Assembly (NCBI GenBank): GCA_965116905.1
Contig: OZ220732.1
Location: 2,208,001 to 2,272,000 of the forward strand
DNA: 64,000 nucleotides
Direction of reading: 5' to 3'
DNA from: Longimicrobiales bacterium
Lineage (GTDB): Bacteria; Gemmatimonadota; Gemmatimonadetes; Longimicrobiales; Gaopeijiaceae
Made by a program: the position numbers and the translations under genes. Positions 37,911 through 47,004 of the stretch are shown one piece after another. The first letter of the stretch is position 1. Every line of letters starts with the position of its first letter. Below the pieces are notes generated by a model. The model saw only the letters and a list, made by a program, of their open reading frames with translations. It had not been told where the DNA came from and ran no database searches.

Positions 37911-39554
37911 ATGAATCACCGACGCCTCTCCCCGACCTCTCTCGCCACGCGCCTCCTGGTGCTCTTCGGACCGATGGCAGCCGTTGCGGCGTGCGAGCCG
38001 CAGCCGAGTGCCACCACCGCAGACCCCGACATCCCCATCACGGAAAGCGTCTACGCCGATCGCCCCTTCGAAGTCCGGCTCATCGACGCCACGCGCGACT
38101 ACGTCCTGCACGCCATGCGCGCGCACGGCACCCCCGGGCTCAACCTCGCCATGGGCTACCGGGGCGAGCTGATCTGGGAGGCCGGCTTCGGGTGGGCCGA
38201 TGTCGCGGCCGGGAGGCCGATGACGCCGGAGACCGTGTACCACTCGGGCTCGCTGGGGAAGACCTACACGGCCACGGCGATCATGCACCTGGTCGACCGG
38301 GGGGTGATCGCGCTGGACGATCCGATTAGCGAGCACCTGCCATTCGAGGTGCACAACCCCCTCGGCGACCGCGACGTCACCGTCCACGATCTGCTCACGC
38401 ATCGCTCCGGGCTTTCGGGCGGCGGCGCCAAGGGAGTGTGGGACAAGCCCGTGCCGCTCGAAGAAGCCCTGCGCGCAAGCTACGTCAGCGACACAAGCCC
38501 ACTGCTCGGAGGCACAACACCGTTCTGGATCGGCAAGGTCGGCACTCAATTCAACTACTCCAACCCAGGCATCGCGACGCTGGGGCTCATCGTGCAGACG
38601 GCCAACCCGGACGGGCTTTCGTTTTCGGACTACGTGCAGCGGCACATCATGGACCCGCTGGGGATGGAGTCGTCGCAGTATCCGCCCGCGCAGCATGAGG
38701 ACTACGTGCGGCCGGACATTTGGGAGAACATGAGCACGGGCTATGCGCGCATGGGTTCGGCGTGGGTTCCGAGCGTGCCGCTGTACTTCAGCCACTATCC
38801 GGCGGGGGGCGTGGTGGCGAAGCCGGCGGACCACATCCGGCTGCTCACGGCCATGATGAACGGGGGCGAGTACGATGGCTATCGGGTGCTCGAGGCCGAG
38901 ACCGTCGACGAAATGCTCACGCCGCAGTATGAGGACGAAATCGGTCCCGGGATCCAGGTCGGCTTGGTGTGGCGGCTGCGGAATCACGGGGCGCGGAACA
39001 TGTCGTACGCGCACGCCGGGGGGCACATGTTCGGCTGGATGACCGAGGGGTACGGTTGGCCGGAGTTGGGGGTGACGCTGATGGTGGCGCAAAACCAGTG
39101 GAGCCTGCCGGATCCGTCCCCCGAGGGCCGGATGATCCCCGGCTTTGTGGAGGACTGGCTGATGGGAGAGACGCCGGATTTGGACCTGATGCCGGCGTCC
39201 GCGGAGTGGGCGTGGAAGGTGTCCTACGTTCGGGGCGTGGCGTACGCAGCGATGTTCAGGATGTACGTGGGCGTCGAGGGCGAGATCCCGTCGGATGGGC
39301 TGGAGGAGGCGATTGCGTCGACGAGGGTCCGGCCGGGGGGAAGAAACGACTGGGATCCGGAGGGCTTCAGGGCGGGGGTGAGCGACATCCGGGAAGCGGG
39401 GTTCGGGTATGAGGAGGTCAATGGGTTCTGGGCTTCCGAGGCCAGCCGGGTGACGGTGGAGGAGGCGGAGGCGATCCTGAGGGAACTCGGGGCGCGATTT
39501 CCGGGCTCCAGCGCCGTGTTCTTTCCGCCGGCGCGGGGGAACTCAAATAGTTAA
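37911..39554 (+). CDS. Serine hydrolase, beta-lactamase/AmpC-like fold, lipoprotein
   Basis: SxxK (SLGK), LLTHRSG, YSN, HAGG; lipobox-like VAAC. Confidence 0.85.
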   Translation: MNHRRLSPTSLATRLLVLFGPMAAVAACEPQPSATTADPDIPITESVYADRPFEVRLIDATRDYVLHAMRAHGTPGLNLAMGYRGELIWEAGFGWADVAAGRPMTPETVYHSGSLGKTYTATAIMHLVDRGVIALDDPISEHLPFEVHNPLGDRDVTVHDLLTHRSGLSGGGAKGVWDKPVPLEEALRASYVSDTSPLLGGTTPFWIGKVGTQFNYSNPGIATLGLIVQTANPDGLSFSDYVQRHIMDPLGMESSQYPPAQHEDYVRPDIWENMSTGYARMGSAWVPSVPLYFSHYPAGGVVAKPADHIRLLTAMMNGGEYDGYRVLEAETVDEMLTPQYEDEIGPGIQVGLVWRLRNHGARNMSYAHAGGHMFGWMTEGYGWPELGVTLMVAQNQWSLPDPSPEGRMIPGFVEDWLMGETPDLDLMPASAEWAWKVSYVRGVAYAAMFRMYVGVEGEIPSDGLEEAIASTRVRPGGRNDWDPEGFRAGVSDIREAGFGYEEVNGFWASEASRVTVEEAEAILRELGARFPGSSAVFFPPARGNSNS

Positions 39555-39572
39555 CTAAAATGTTTAGTATCG
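39545..39572. other. 28-bp dif-like palindromic site 3: AAATAGTTAAC-TAAAAT-GTTTAGTATCG
   Basis: Family member; left arm contains the upstream gene's TAA stop. Confidence 0.7.
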
Positions 39573-40855
39573 GAGAGGGCGAGCGCGTTTCAGCTGAAAC
39601 GTTTTTCGTGCCTCTGGTGCGCCTTTGCCAACACTTGACACAAATATCAAGTGTCGACGCTCTACGCATTGTCCCGATCGGGATCACCGCGCTGATCGCG
39701 CTCGGGGGTTGCGGGAACGGGGAGGACGGCGGCCCATCGGCGGAGCCTCTCGCCGCGCTGCGCCCAACGGGCCAGTCGGCCTTCGATTCGTCGGAGCATC
39801 CGGATCTCGGCGAACTGAGCGCCGTGGTAGCTGGCCTCTTCCTTCCGGACAGCGGTCTCGCCCTGGTGGAACGCAGCGAGATTCACCTGATCGACCTGTT
39901 GTCCGGTGGGACTCGCGTGGTCGGGAGGGAGGGGGAGGGACCGAGGGAGTTCCGCCATATCGGGCGCACGAGACGCGTTCCAGGTGGGATCCTGGTCTCG
40001 GACGTGCCGCGTCGTCGTGTGTCGTTGATCTCTCACGAAGGTGAGTTTCTGCGCTCACGAAGCGTTGTTGACGCGGAGTTCGGGGACTATTTCGGTGCGT
40101 ATCCGGTAGGCGTTCATCCGGACGGCCGGATCGCTTTCCGTGACGGCATCGCGGAAATGGGCCGGGACTACGACGGGCAGACCTGGAATCCGGCCGTGTA
40201 CGTCACCGTACGGGACGATGGCGAGCTTCAGATCGTCGCGGAGGCTGCCGGAGATGAGGTCTACTTCGGATCGACACGAAGCGGCGACGTCGTGTTCGGG
40301 CATCAGACCCACGAAGCCGCGACCGAAGACCACCTCATCGTCGCCGAGACGTCCCGGGGAGCCATTGCCGTCCTGGACTGGAGCGGCCGAGAGGTTGCGG
40401 AAATCCCCTTGCCGGCAGGCGCACGGGTGTCCGACGCCAGGACGGTGGGGCGCCAGGTGCTTCTCGGACGATGGCAGCGATTCGCGGAGAGGTTGAACAG
40501 GCTCGGCGCGACCGGTCAGATACCGTTCGAACCCAGGGATTTCGATCCGTCCGGTGCGTCCGAGCCGGATCTGAGAGACTGGCCGATCAACGAAGTGGCC
40601 CCCGCGATCGACGCCCTCCTGACCGACTTCGACGAGCGGCTGTGGGTGAGAGACTACCGTCTCCCCGATCAGGACAGCGTAACCTGGCGAGTTTGGGACA
40701 TCGAACGGCGGGCACTGCTCTTCACGGCGCGAATCGGTGGAGAAGAAGAACTGCTTGATGCACGGGGCTCCATGGTCCTGCTACGTCGGCTGGACGAGTT
40801 CGACGTGCCTCGAGCTGAGGTCATTCAACTCCAGGCGCCACCCGGAGACGACTGA
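39560..40855 (+). CDS. 6-bladed beta-propeller-type lipoprotein (true start probably downstream of 39560)
   Basis: Lipobox LGGC; GREGEGPREF; C-terminal DEFDVPRAEV. Confidence 0.65.
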   Translation: MFSIGEGERVSAETFFVPLVRLCQHLTQISSVDALRIVPIGITALIALGGCGNGEDGGPSAEPLAALRPTGQSAFDSSEHPDLGELSAVVAGLFLPDSGLALVERSEIHLIDLLSGGTRVVGREGEGPREFRHIGRTRRVPGGILVSDVPRRRVSLISHEGEFLRSRSVVDAEFGDYFGAYPVGVHPDGRIAFRDGIAEMGRDYDGQTWNPAVYVTVRDDGELQIVAEAAGDEVYFGSTRSGDVVFGHQTHEAATEDHLIVAETSRGAIAVLDWSGREVAEIPLPAGARVSDARTVGRQVLLGRWQRFAERLNRLGATGQIPFEPRDFDPSGASEPDLRDWPINEVAPAIDALLTDFDERLWVRDYRLPDQDSVTWRVWDIERRALLFTARIGGEEELLDARGSMVLLRRLDEFDVPRAEVIQLQAPPGDD

Positions 40856-40861
40856 AGATCC

Positions 40862-43198
40862 TCAGCGGTCGACTCCCGGGACGGGCGCGTTCAACAAGTG
40901 CTTCACCAGGTAGTTCTTCTTCAGCTCCATGTTGTATTCGCCGGTCTGGCCGAACGCCCCATGCCCAGTGTTGGCGTAGACCATCATGTCGTGCTGGATC
41001 CCGGCGCGGACGAGCGTCTCCGACATCTGGAAAAGGTCCGCCTGGGTGCCGGTGTCGTTGATTCCGCCGGTCAGCAATAGCTGCCCCTTCAGACCGGGCG
41101 CCATCCGGAAGACGTTCGCTGCCTCGTAGTGTTCGTGGTTCTCCTGGGGCATGCCGAGGTACGGCTCGTAGAGGTGGAAGGCGTACATGTCGTACCCGGG
41201 GACCTCGCTGATGCACACCTTGTAGAGATCCGGCTCCTGAAGGATGGCGCGCGTCGAATAGTACCCGCCCCACGACGCCCCCATGATCGCCACGCGGTCG
41301 CCGTCCAGGAAATCGAAGCGATCGATCAGCTGGCGGATCGCGGCTGCATGGTCGTCGATCACGGGCTTGCCCCAGTTCCTGACGATCACGTCGTGGAACG
41401 CCTTGGACCGCCCGGGTGTCCCACGGCCATCGAGGATCACGACCACGAACCCCAGGTTGGCCAGGGCCCGGTTGAAGTTGCCGATCCGGGCGAAGTCGCT
41501 ACCAAAACCGGGGAACTGCTCGCCCCCGAAATCCGTCGGCCGCGTGTTGGTCTGAGGACCGCCGTAGATGTATTCGACCACGGGATAGCGCCGCGAGGGA
41601 TCGAAATCGTGGGGCAGGTACATCGTCACCCACAGGTCGGTCTCCCCGTCCGCCGCCTTCACCACGACTTCGCGCGGCGGTGTCCAACCCACCTCTTCCA
41701 GTCGCCCGATGTCGGCTTCCGACAGCGTCAGTACCAATTCACCGTCGGCGCGGCGCAGCACGGAGCGGGGCGGGGTATCCACCGCCGAATAGGTGTCGAC
41801 GAAGTAGTCCTGTGACGGCGCCATCACCACGGTATGCCGCCCCTTCCCCTCGGTGAGCTGCGTCCGGTCGGCCCCGTCGAGGGTCACCCGGTTCAGGTGC
41901 AGGTCGTACGGTCGCTCCGGATCGGTGTGCGCCGTGAAATACACCCACCCGTCGTCCTGGTCGACGCCGACCACGGCTTCGACGGGGAAATCACCCCCGG
42001 TGAGTCTCCCGACAAGGCTTCCGGCCATGTCATACAGGTACAGGTGCCGCCAACCGTCCCGTTCGGAGACCAGAATGAACCCGGAAGCGTCGGGCAGCAG
42101 CGAAAATCCCGTCCGCGAGCCCCAAACCGAATCGTGATGGTGGGTCACGAAGGTCTCGGAGGTCTCCGTGGCAAGCGTGCGCACCGCGCCGGTCAAGGCG
42201 TCCGCGGCCTGGATGTCGACCCGGTCCATCATCCGGCTGTAGCGCGCGAACACGACCTCCGAACCATCGGGCAGCCAGGTCAGCACGCGGTAGTAGTGGT
42301 CCGCGGTTGTATCCTGTTGCACCGGCATCGGTGTGCGCGTGTGCAGGTCCAGTATATGGAGTCGAGTGTCGTAGAGTTCGCCGCCGGCGAGCATGGTGGG
42401 TATGAACTCGGCCTCTTCGAGCGGCTTCAGCCATTTGATGGTCGGGATCCGGGGCATGCCGTGCGAGTTGATCCTGGCCACCACGAGCCGCTGCGAGTCC
42501 GGCGACCACGGATTCCACAGCGTCGTTTCCACGTCCCACTGCTCGAATTCATTGCCGTCGCCGGTGATGGACACGACCCGGCCATCGACCGTGGCGCGCA
42601 GCGTCAGATTGTGGTTGTCGAGTCCGACGAACCACTGGCCGTCCGGCGACAGCCGCTCGGGATAGGACCGGGGCCCAAGCCCCTGAAAGACCTCGCGCAC
42701 AAAGGTCCTGGGCGTAACGCGGTCCGCCTCGCTGACCAGGTATGAGACGAGCCCCAGCGACGAAGGCGTGCGCTGCTTCTCGACAGCGTATGTGTCCAGG
42801 TCCAGCACGAACGTCTGCCCCTCGACCGTGAACTGAACGGACGACGGACCGACGAACGCCAACTGGCGGAACGGCACGCCCAGGCCCGCGGGCTCGTGTC
42901 CCAGCGCTTCGGTGAGCACGGCGCGCAGTCGGGGCGTGTCGAACAACTCCTCGACCACACCCGTTGTGGGATCGACCCGGTGAATGAACGTGTGCTGCGG
43001 CCCGCCCTCCGCGTACCAGAAGCTGTTGCCGTCGGGCATCCAGTTGGGCGTGACGCGGCCGCCTTCGATCAGCGAGCCGAAGTCGAGGTAGCGCTGATAG
43101 GCGGCTTCCCGTTCCGGGCCAACCTGTGGCGAGGCCGGCGGGACAGCGCCCGCCAACAGCAGCAGGGCAGGGATCAGGGGGCGCCAGGACCGGATCAT
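40862..43198 (-). CDS. S9B dipeptidyl-peptidase IV family peptidase
   Basis: Signal peptide; SERDGWRHLY, YGGPQ, DGRGTPGRSKAF, GASWGG, terminal GH. Confidence 0.9.
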   Translation of the reverse strand: MIRSWRPLIPALLLLAGAVPPASPQVGPEREAAYQRYLDFGSLIEGGRVTPNWMPDGNSFWYAEGGPQHTFIHRVDPTTGVVEELFDTPRLRAVLTEALGHEPAGLGVPFRQLAFVGPSSVQFTVEGQTFVLDLDTYAVEKQRTPSSLGLVSYLVSEADRVTPRTFVREVFQGLGPRSYPERLSPDGQWFVGLDNHNLTLRATVDGRVVSITGDGNEFEQWDVETTLWNPWSPDSQRLVVARINSHGMPRIPTIKWLKPLEEAEFIPTMLAGGELYDTRLHILDLHTRTPMPVQQDTTADHYYRVLTWLPDGSEVVFARYSRMMDRVDIQAADALTGAVRTLATETSETFVTHHHDSVWGSRTGFSLLPDASGFILVSERDGWRHLYLYDMAGSLVGRLTGGDFPVEAVVGVDQDDGWVYFTAHTDPERPYDLHLNRVTLDGADRTQLTEGKGRHTVVMAPSQDYFVDTYSAVDTPPRSVLRRADGELVLTLSEADIGRLEEVGWTPPREVVVKAADGETDLWVTMYLPHDFDPSRRYPVVEYIYGGPQTNTRPTDFGGEQFPGFGSDFARIGNFNRALANLGFVVVILDGRGTPGRSKAFHDVIVRNWGKPVIDDHAAAIRQLIDRFDFLDGDRVAIMGASWGGYYSTRAILQEPDLYKVCISEVPGYDMYAFHLYEPYLGMPQENHEHYEAANVFRMAPGLKGQLLLTGGINDTGTQADLFQMSETLVRAGIQHDMMVYANTGHGAFGQTGEYNMELKKNYLVKHLLNAPVPGVDR

Positions 43199-43279
43199 GG
43201 CTTGCTCCAATGCTCTTTACGGACTGAACACTCCCCTCTACCCTGCAAGGGACAGGAGACCCCAGGCAAGGAGCGGCAA

Positions 43280-44728
43280 ATGGAGCGGCAAATGCGCAGT
43301 GGCATGTGGGTGTTGGCGGCGACGGCGGTCGCGCTCTACCCCGGTCCGGCGAACGGCCAGGACCGAAGCGCACTCTCGGACGAGGTGCAGTCCTACCTGA
43401 GCGTTTCGGCGCCTGTCGTGGCGCTCGAAAACGTGCTCCTCTTCGACGGAACCGGCGGCCCTGCACAGGCCGGTCAAACCATCCTCATCCGCAGCAACCG
43501 CATCGAGGCGGTCGGCGCGGCGGGCTCCGTCGATATTCCCGCCGATGCCGAACGCCTGGACCTCGCGGGTCACTCGGTGATGCCCGGAATGGTCGGCCTC
43601 CACAACCACCTGTACTACTACCAGAACACCCCACGCGTGGCGCAGATGCAGTATTCCGGCCCGCGTATCTACCTGGGGGCCGGCGTCACGACCGTCCGCA
43701 CGACCGGCAGCATGTCGCCCTACCAGGACATCGCGCTCAAGGGTGCGATCGAACGCGGGGAGACGCCCGGGCCCCGCATCGTGATCACGGCGCCGTACGT
43801 CATCAGTCCCGGGCCGGACGAGCGGCTCAGGGATCTGGGCATGTACGTGATTCGGGACGAGGAGTCGGCGCGCCGGTACGTTCGCTACTGGGCCGCGGAA
43901 GGCGCGGAGTGGGTCAAGGTCTACACGCAGATCTCGCGGGCGGCGCTGGGCACGATCATCGACGAAGCACACAGGCAAGGGATGAAGGTCATGGGCCACC
44001 TGTGCTCCGTGAGCTTCCGCGAGGCCACCGCGCTCGGTATCGACAACCTGGAGCACAGCCTTTGGGCCAACTCGGACTTCGATGCGACGCGCGAGCCCGA
44101 CAAGTGCAGTCCGAACCTCGCCTTTTCGCTGGCCGAGCTCGATGTCGCCGGTCCGGCCGCGGGCGTCACGATCGACGAGATCATCGATGCGGGCGTGGCC
44201 ATCACCTCGACGCTGGCCGTCGCGGAGCAGGCGACTCCGGCCGTGCCCGATCTCACGGCGAGGGACCTTGAGGCGCTCCCCGATCACGTGGTTCAGACCG
44301 AAATGGAGCGCCGACAGGTGATTCGGTCGGGGACCACGGAATGGATGATCGACCTCCTGCACAACATGTTCGCTTTCGAACGCCGCTTCGTGGAGGCGGG
44401 CGGACTGCTCGCGGCGGGGGTCGACCCTGCCTGGGGCGCGCTTCCCGGCTACGGCGACCAGCGCAACTTCGAACTTCTCGTGCAGGCGGGCTTCGAGGCG
44501 GCTACCGCGGTGCAGATCGTCAGCGCCAACGGCGCCAGGGTGATCGGCATGGACGACGAGGTCGGCACGGTGGCCGCGGGCAAACTCGCGGACCTGGTCG
44601 TGATCGAGGGCGACATCGGCAGCAACGCGTCCGACATCCGCAATGTGCGGCTCGTCTTCAAGGACGGTTTGGGCTACGACGCGAAGAAGCTGACCGATGC
44701 GGTGAGGGGGCTGGTGGGCATGCGGTGA
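43280..44728 (+). CDS. Secreted amidohydrolase family protein
   Basis: PGMVGLHNH, GVTTVRT, VKVY, GHL, LEH, GKLADLVV. Confidence 0.88.
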   Translation: MERQMRSGMWVLAATAVALYPGPANGQDRSALSDEVQSYLSVSAPVVALENVLLFDGTGGPAQAGQTILIRSNRIEAVGAAGSVDIPADAERLDLAGHSVMPGMVGLHNHLYYYQNTPRVAQMQYSGPRIYLGAGVTTVRTTGSMSPYQDIALKGAIERGETPGPRIVITAPYVISPGPDERLRDLGMYVIRDEESARRYVRYWAAEGAEWVKVYTQISRAALGTIIDEAHRQGMKVMGHLCSVSFREATALGIDNLEHSLWANSDFDATREPDKCSPNLAFSLAELDVAGPAAGVTIDEIIDAGVAITSTLAVAEQATPAVPDLTARDLEALPDHVVQTEMERRQVIRSGTTEWMIDLLHNMFAFERRFVEAGGLLAAGVDPAWGALPGYGDQRNFELLVQAGFEAATAVQIVSANGARVIGMDDEVGTVAAGKLADLVVIEGDIGSNASDIRNVRLVFKDGLGYDAKKLTDAVRGLVGMR

Positions 44729-44761
44729 GATGCGGCGGTTGCCGCTGCTCAGATTCTGGCG

Positions 44762-44786
44762 CTACATTTAGTAGTGTCAAATGTAG
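44762..44786. promoter_or_regulatory. Palindrome CTACATTT-N9-AAATGTAG, probable TA operator
   Basis: Perfect 8-bp inverted repeat upstream of the brnT remnant / brnA. Confidence 0.55.
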
Positions 44787-44813
44787 TTACACATGCGCGA
44801 GGTCACGTGAAAC

Positions 44814-44876
44814 TCGATGAGAAAGGCGAACAGTCGTGAGCGAAAGGCGTATGAAAAGCGACTTGAGGCGGATTGA
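44814..44876 (+). pseudogene. BrnT toxin C-terminal remnant (SMRKANSRERKAYEKRLEAD*)
   Basis: Matches the BrnT C-terminal IS(A/M)RKA..RER..Y motif and overlaps the brnA start; in-frame stop just upstream, no N-terminal part. Confidence 0.65.
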
Positions 44877-45120
44877 CCGGATGAAGGATGAGGATATCGA
44901 CTACTCTGACATCCCCGAACTCGACGCCGAATTCTTCGCCACGGCACGTGTCGTGGTCCCGCCTGGCAAGAAGCAGGTAACGGTGCGTCTGGACAGCGAT
45001 GTCCTGGGGTGGCTGAAAGCCCAGGGCAAAGGATACCAGACCCGGATCAACGCGATTCTACGGGCGTACTACGAGGCGCAAATGGGCCGAAGCGCTCGCT
45101 CGCGGCGCGGGCAGGGTTGA
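44836..45120 (+). CDS. BrnA family antitoxin (DUF4415)
   Basis: IDYSDIPEL..FF, KKQVTVRLDSDVLGWLK..GKGYQTRINAILR. Confidence 0.9.
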   Translation: MSERRMKSDLRRIDRMKDEDIDYSDIPELDAEFFATARVVVPPGKKQVTVRLDSDVLGWLKAQGKGYQTRINAILRAYYEAQMGRSARSRRGQG

Positions 45121-45125
45121 CCCCA

Positions 45126-46610
45126 ATGTGGGCCTACGGCAGCCGGGAAACTACCGTTCCGGTCTCCCTCGCCGTCCTTCTCCTGCCGTGCCTCATCGCT
45201 TTTGCGCCGCACGCGGCCGCCGCGCAGGACCCAGAACCGTTCCTGTCCCTCGGCGAGACGCGCGAACTGTACTCCAACGTCCTCGACGAGAGGCGGGAGA
45301 TCATCGTGGGCCTGCCGGCCGGCTACGAGGGTGGCGACGAGACGTATCCCGTGGTCTATCTCCTCGACGGCCCGTCGCACTTCCATCACACGACGGGCAC
45401 GGCCCGCTTCCTGGCCCGGAACGGGCGCATGCCCAACGTCATCGTCGTGGCGATTCCCAATACGGACAGGACGCGTGACATGTCGCCTCCCATCCATTCC
45501 GACGTGGGCCCCCCGCGTCCAGGTGCAGGCGGAGCCGACAACTTCCTCGAGTTCATCAGTGCCGAGTTGATGCCGTTCATCGATGAGCACTACAGGACGC
45601 GACCGTACGAAATCCTCATCGGGCACTCGCTTGGGGGACTGTTCGCGAATCACGCGCTGGTGCATCGGCCGGACGTATTCGACGCGTACATCTCGATCAG
45701 TCCGAGTCTCTGGTGGGACGAACAGCGCCTGGTCGCCCAGGCCGATTCCGCATTCGACCACGTCGAAGACCTGGCCGGCGACTTCTACATGACCATGGGC
45801 AACGAGGGTGGAGCCATGCTCGGCGGCGCTCTCAAGTTCGCAGGTATCCTCGAAGCGAAGGCCCCGGAGGACTTCCGGTGGGAATTCAAGCTCATGGAAG
45901 AGGAGAGCCACGGTTCCGTGCCGCACAGATCGACCTACTACGGCTTCGAGAAGATCTTTGACGGCTGGCACCTGCACGATCCGGTAGGCCTTTACGTGGC
46001 AAGCGGCCTGGAGGCGGTCGACCGGCACTTCGCGCGTGCGTCGGCGAGGTTCGGATACGAGCGAACGCCGTCGGTGCGCGTCCTTGGCCCGATCGGCAGC
46101 CGGGCGCTCGAAGACGGAAACGCCGCCGACGCGGAGGCGGTCTTCTCACGTCTGGTCGAAATGGACCCCAACCTGGCACCCGCGCACAACGGCCTGGCCG
46201 AGGCGCACGCACTCATGGGACATCGGGATCTGGCAATCGAGCGCTATCGGCACGCCCTCCGGGTCGACCCAAGGAACGGTCCGGCCAGAGAGAAGCTGAC
46301 GGAGTACGGAGTCGACCTGTCCGACTTCCCCGAGACGGTGGATGTGCCGGTCAGCGTCCTGGAGTCGTACGTGGGAACCTACGTCGTGCCTGAAGATCCG
46401 GACGAAGTGCTTCGATTCCTCCTGGTGGAGGACGAACTCGTGGTGGAGCTCGAGGGCAGCACCTACGAGCTGTACGCGACATCGACGGAGCGCTTCAAGG
46501 TGGTGGTCGTGCCGGTATACGTAACCTTCAGGTCCGACGAATCCGGAGATGTGACCGGGCTTATGATCGATCAGGCGGGCGAAAAAATCGAGGCTACGCG
46601 GGTCAAATAG
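45126..46610 (+). CDS. IroE/Fes-type esterase with TPR and C-terminal DUF3471-like domain
   Basis: YPVVYLLDG, GHSLGG, SPSLWW, ESHGS; TPR-like AHNGLAEAH..AIERYRHAL; LESYVGTY. Confidence 0.85.
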   Translation: MWAYGSRETTVPVSLAVLLLPCLIAFAPHAAAAQDPEPFLSLGETRELYSNVLDERREIIVGLPAGYEGGDETYPVVYLLDGPSHFHHTTGTARFLARNGRMPNVIVVAIPNTDRTRDMSPPIHSDVGPPRPGAGGADNFLEFISAELMPFIDEHYRTRPYEILIGHSLGGLFANHALVHRPDVFDAYISISPSLWWDEQRLVAQADSAFDHVEDLAGDFYMTMGNEGGAMLGGALKFAGILEAKAPEDFRWEFKLMEEESHGSVPHRSTYYGFEKIFDGWHLHDPVGLYVASGLEAVDRHFARASARFGYERTPSVRVLGPIGSRALEDGNAADAEAVFSRLVEMDPNLAPAHNGLAEAHALMGHRDLAIERYRHALRVDPRNGPAREKLTEYGVDLSDFPETVDVPVSVLESYVGTYVVPEDPDEVLRFLLVEDELVVELEGSTYELYATSTERFKVVVVPVYVTFRSDESGDVTGLMIDQAGEKIEATRVK

Positions 46611-46618
46611 GACCGAGA

Positions 46619-46891
46619 ATGCCCAGATCCAGCCCGTATGTCATCGTCCTGACCCCCGAGGAACGTCGCATCCTCAAAGCGCGGTCCCGCCGCTATACGT
46701 TATCGTATCGCGATGTGGTGCGCGCCAAGGTCGTGCTCCTTGCCGCCGAGGGACTGGAGAACAAGGAGATCGGGGAGCGCCTCGATCTGGCCCGCCCCGT
46801 GGTCAGCAAGTGGCGAAAGCGCTTCTTCCTGGAGCGCCTCGACGGACTCGAGGATCGCTCGCGGAAAGGCCGGCCGCCTGACGCCGCTTGA
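46619..46891 (+). mobile_element. IS630-family transposase N-terminal HTH fragment (no DDE domain)
   Basis: LTPEERRIL..RAKVVLLAAEG..IGERL...VSKWRKRF..RLDGLEDRSRKGRP; stops before the catalytic domain. Confidence 0.72.
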
Positions 46892-46919
46892 GAATACTAA
46901 ACAATATTGTTCAGTATCC
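46892..46919. other. 28-bp dif-like palindromic site 4: GAATACTAAAC-AATATT-GTTCAGTATCC
   Basis: Family member; directly abuts the IS630 fragment stop. Confidence 0.8.
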
Positions 46920-47004
46920 ACCGTTGCGGCCACACCACCCCGCGACTATCCTCCCGAAAACACAAGCCGGGGAAGCATCTCCGCCTGTTCCAAGGGAGGG
47001 CGAA

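Noticed and set aside
37911..39554. Antibiotic-resistance beta-lactamase
   Set aside because: The fold motifs are shared by many esterases and peptidases; the HAG triad and long C-terminal extension do not indicate a true AmpC.
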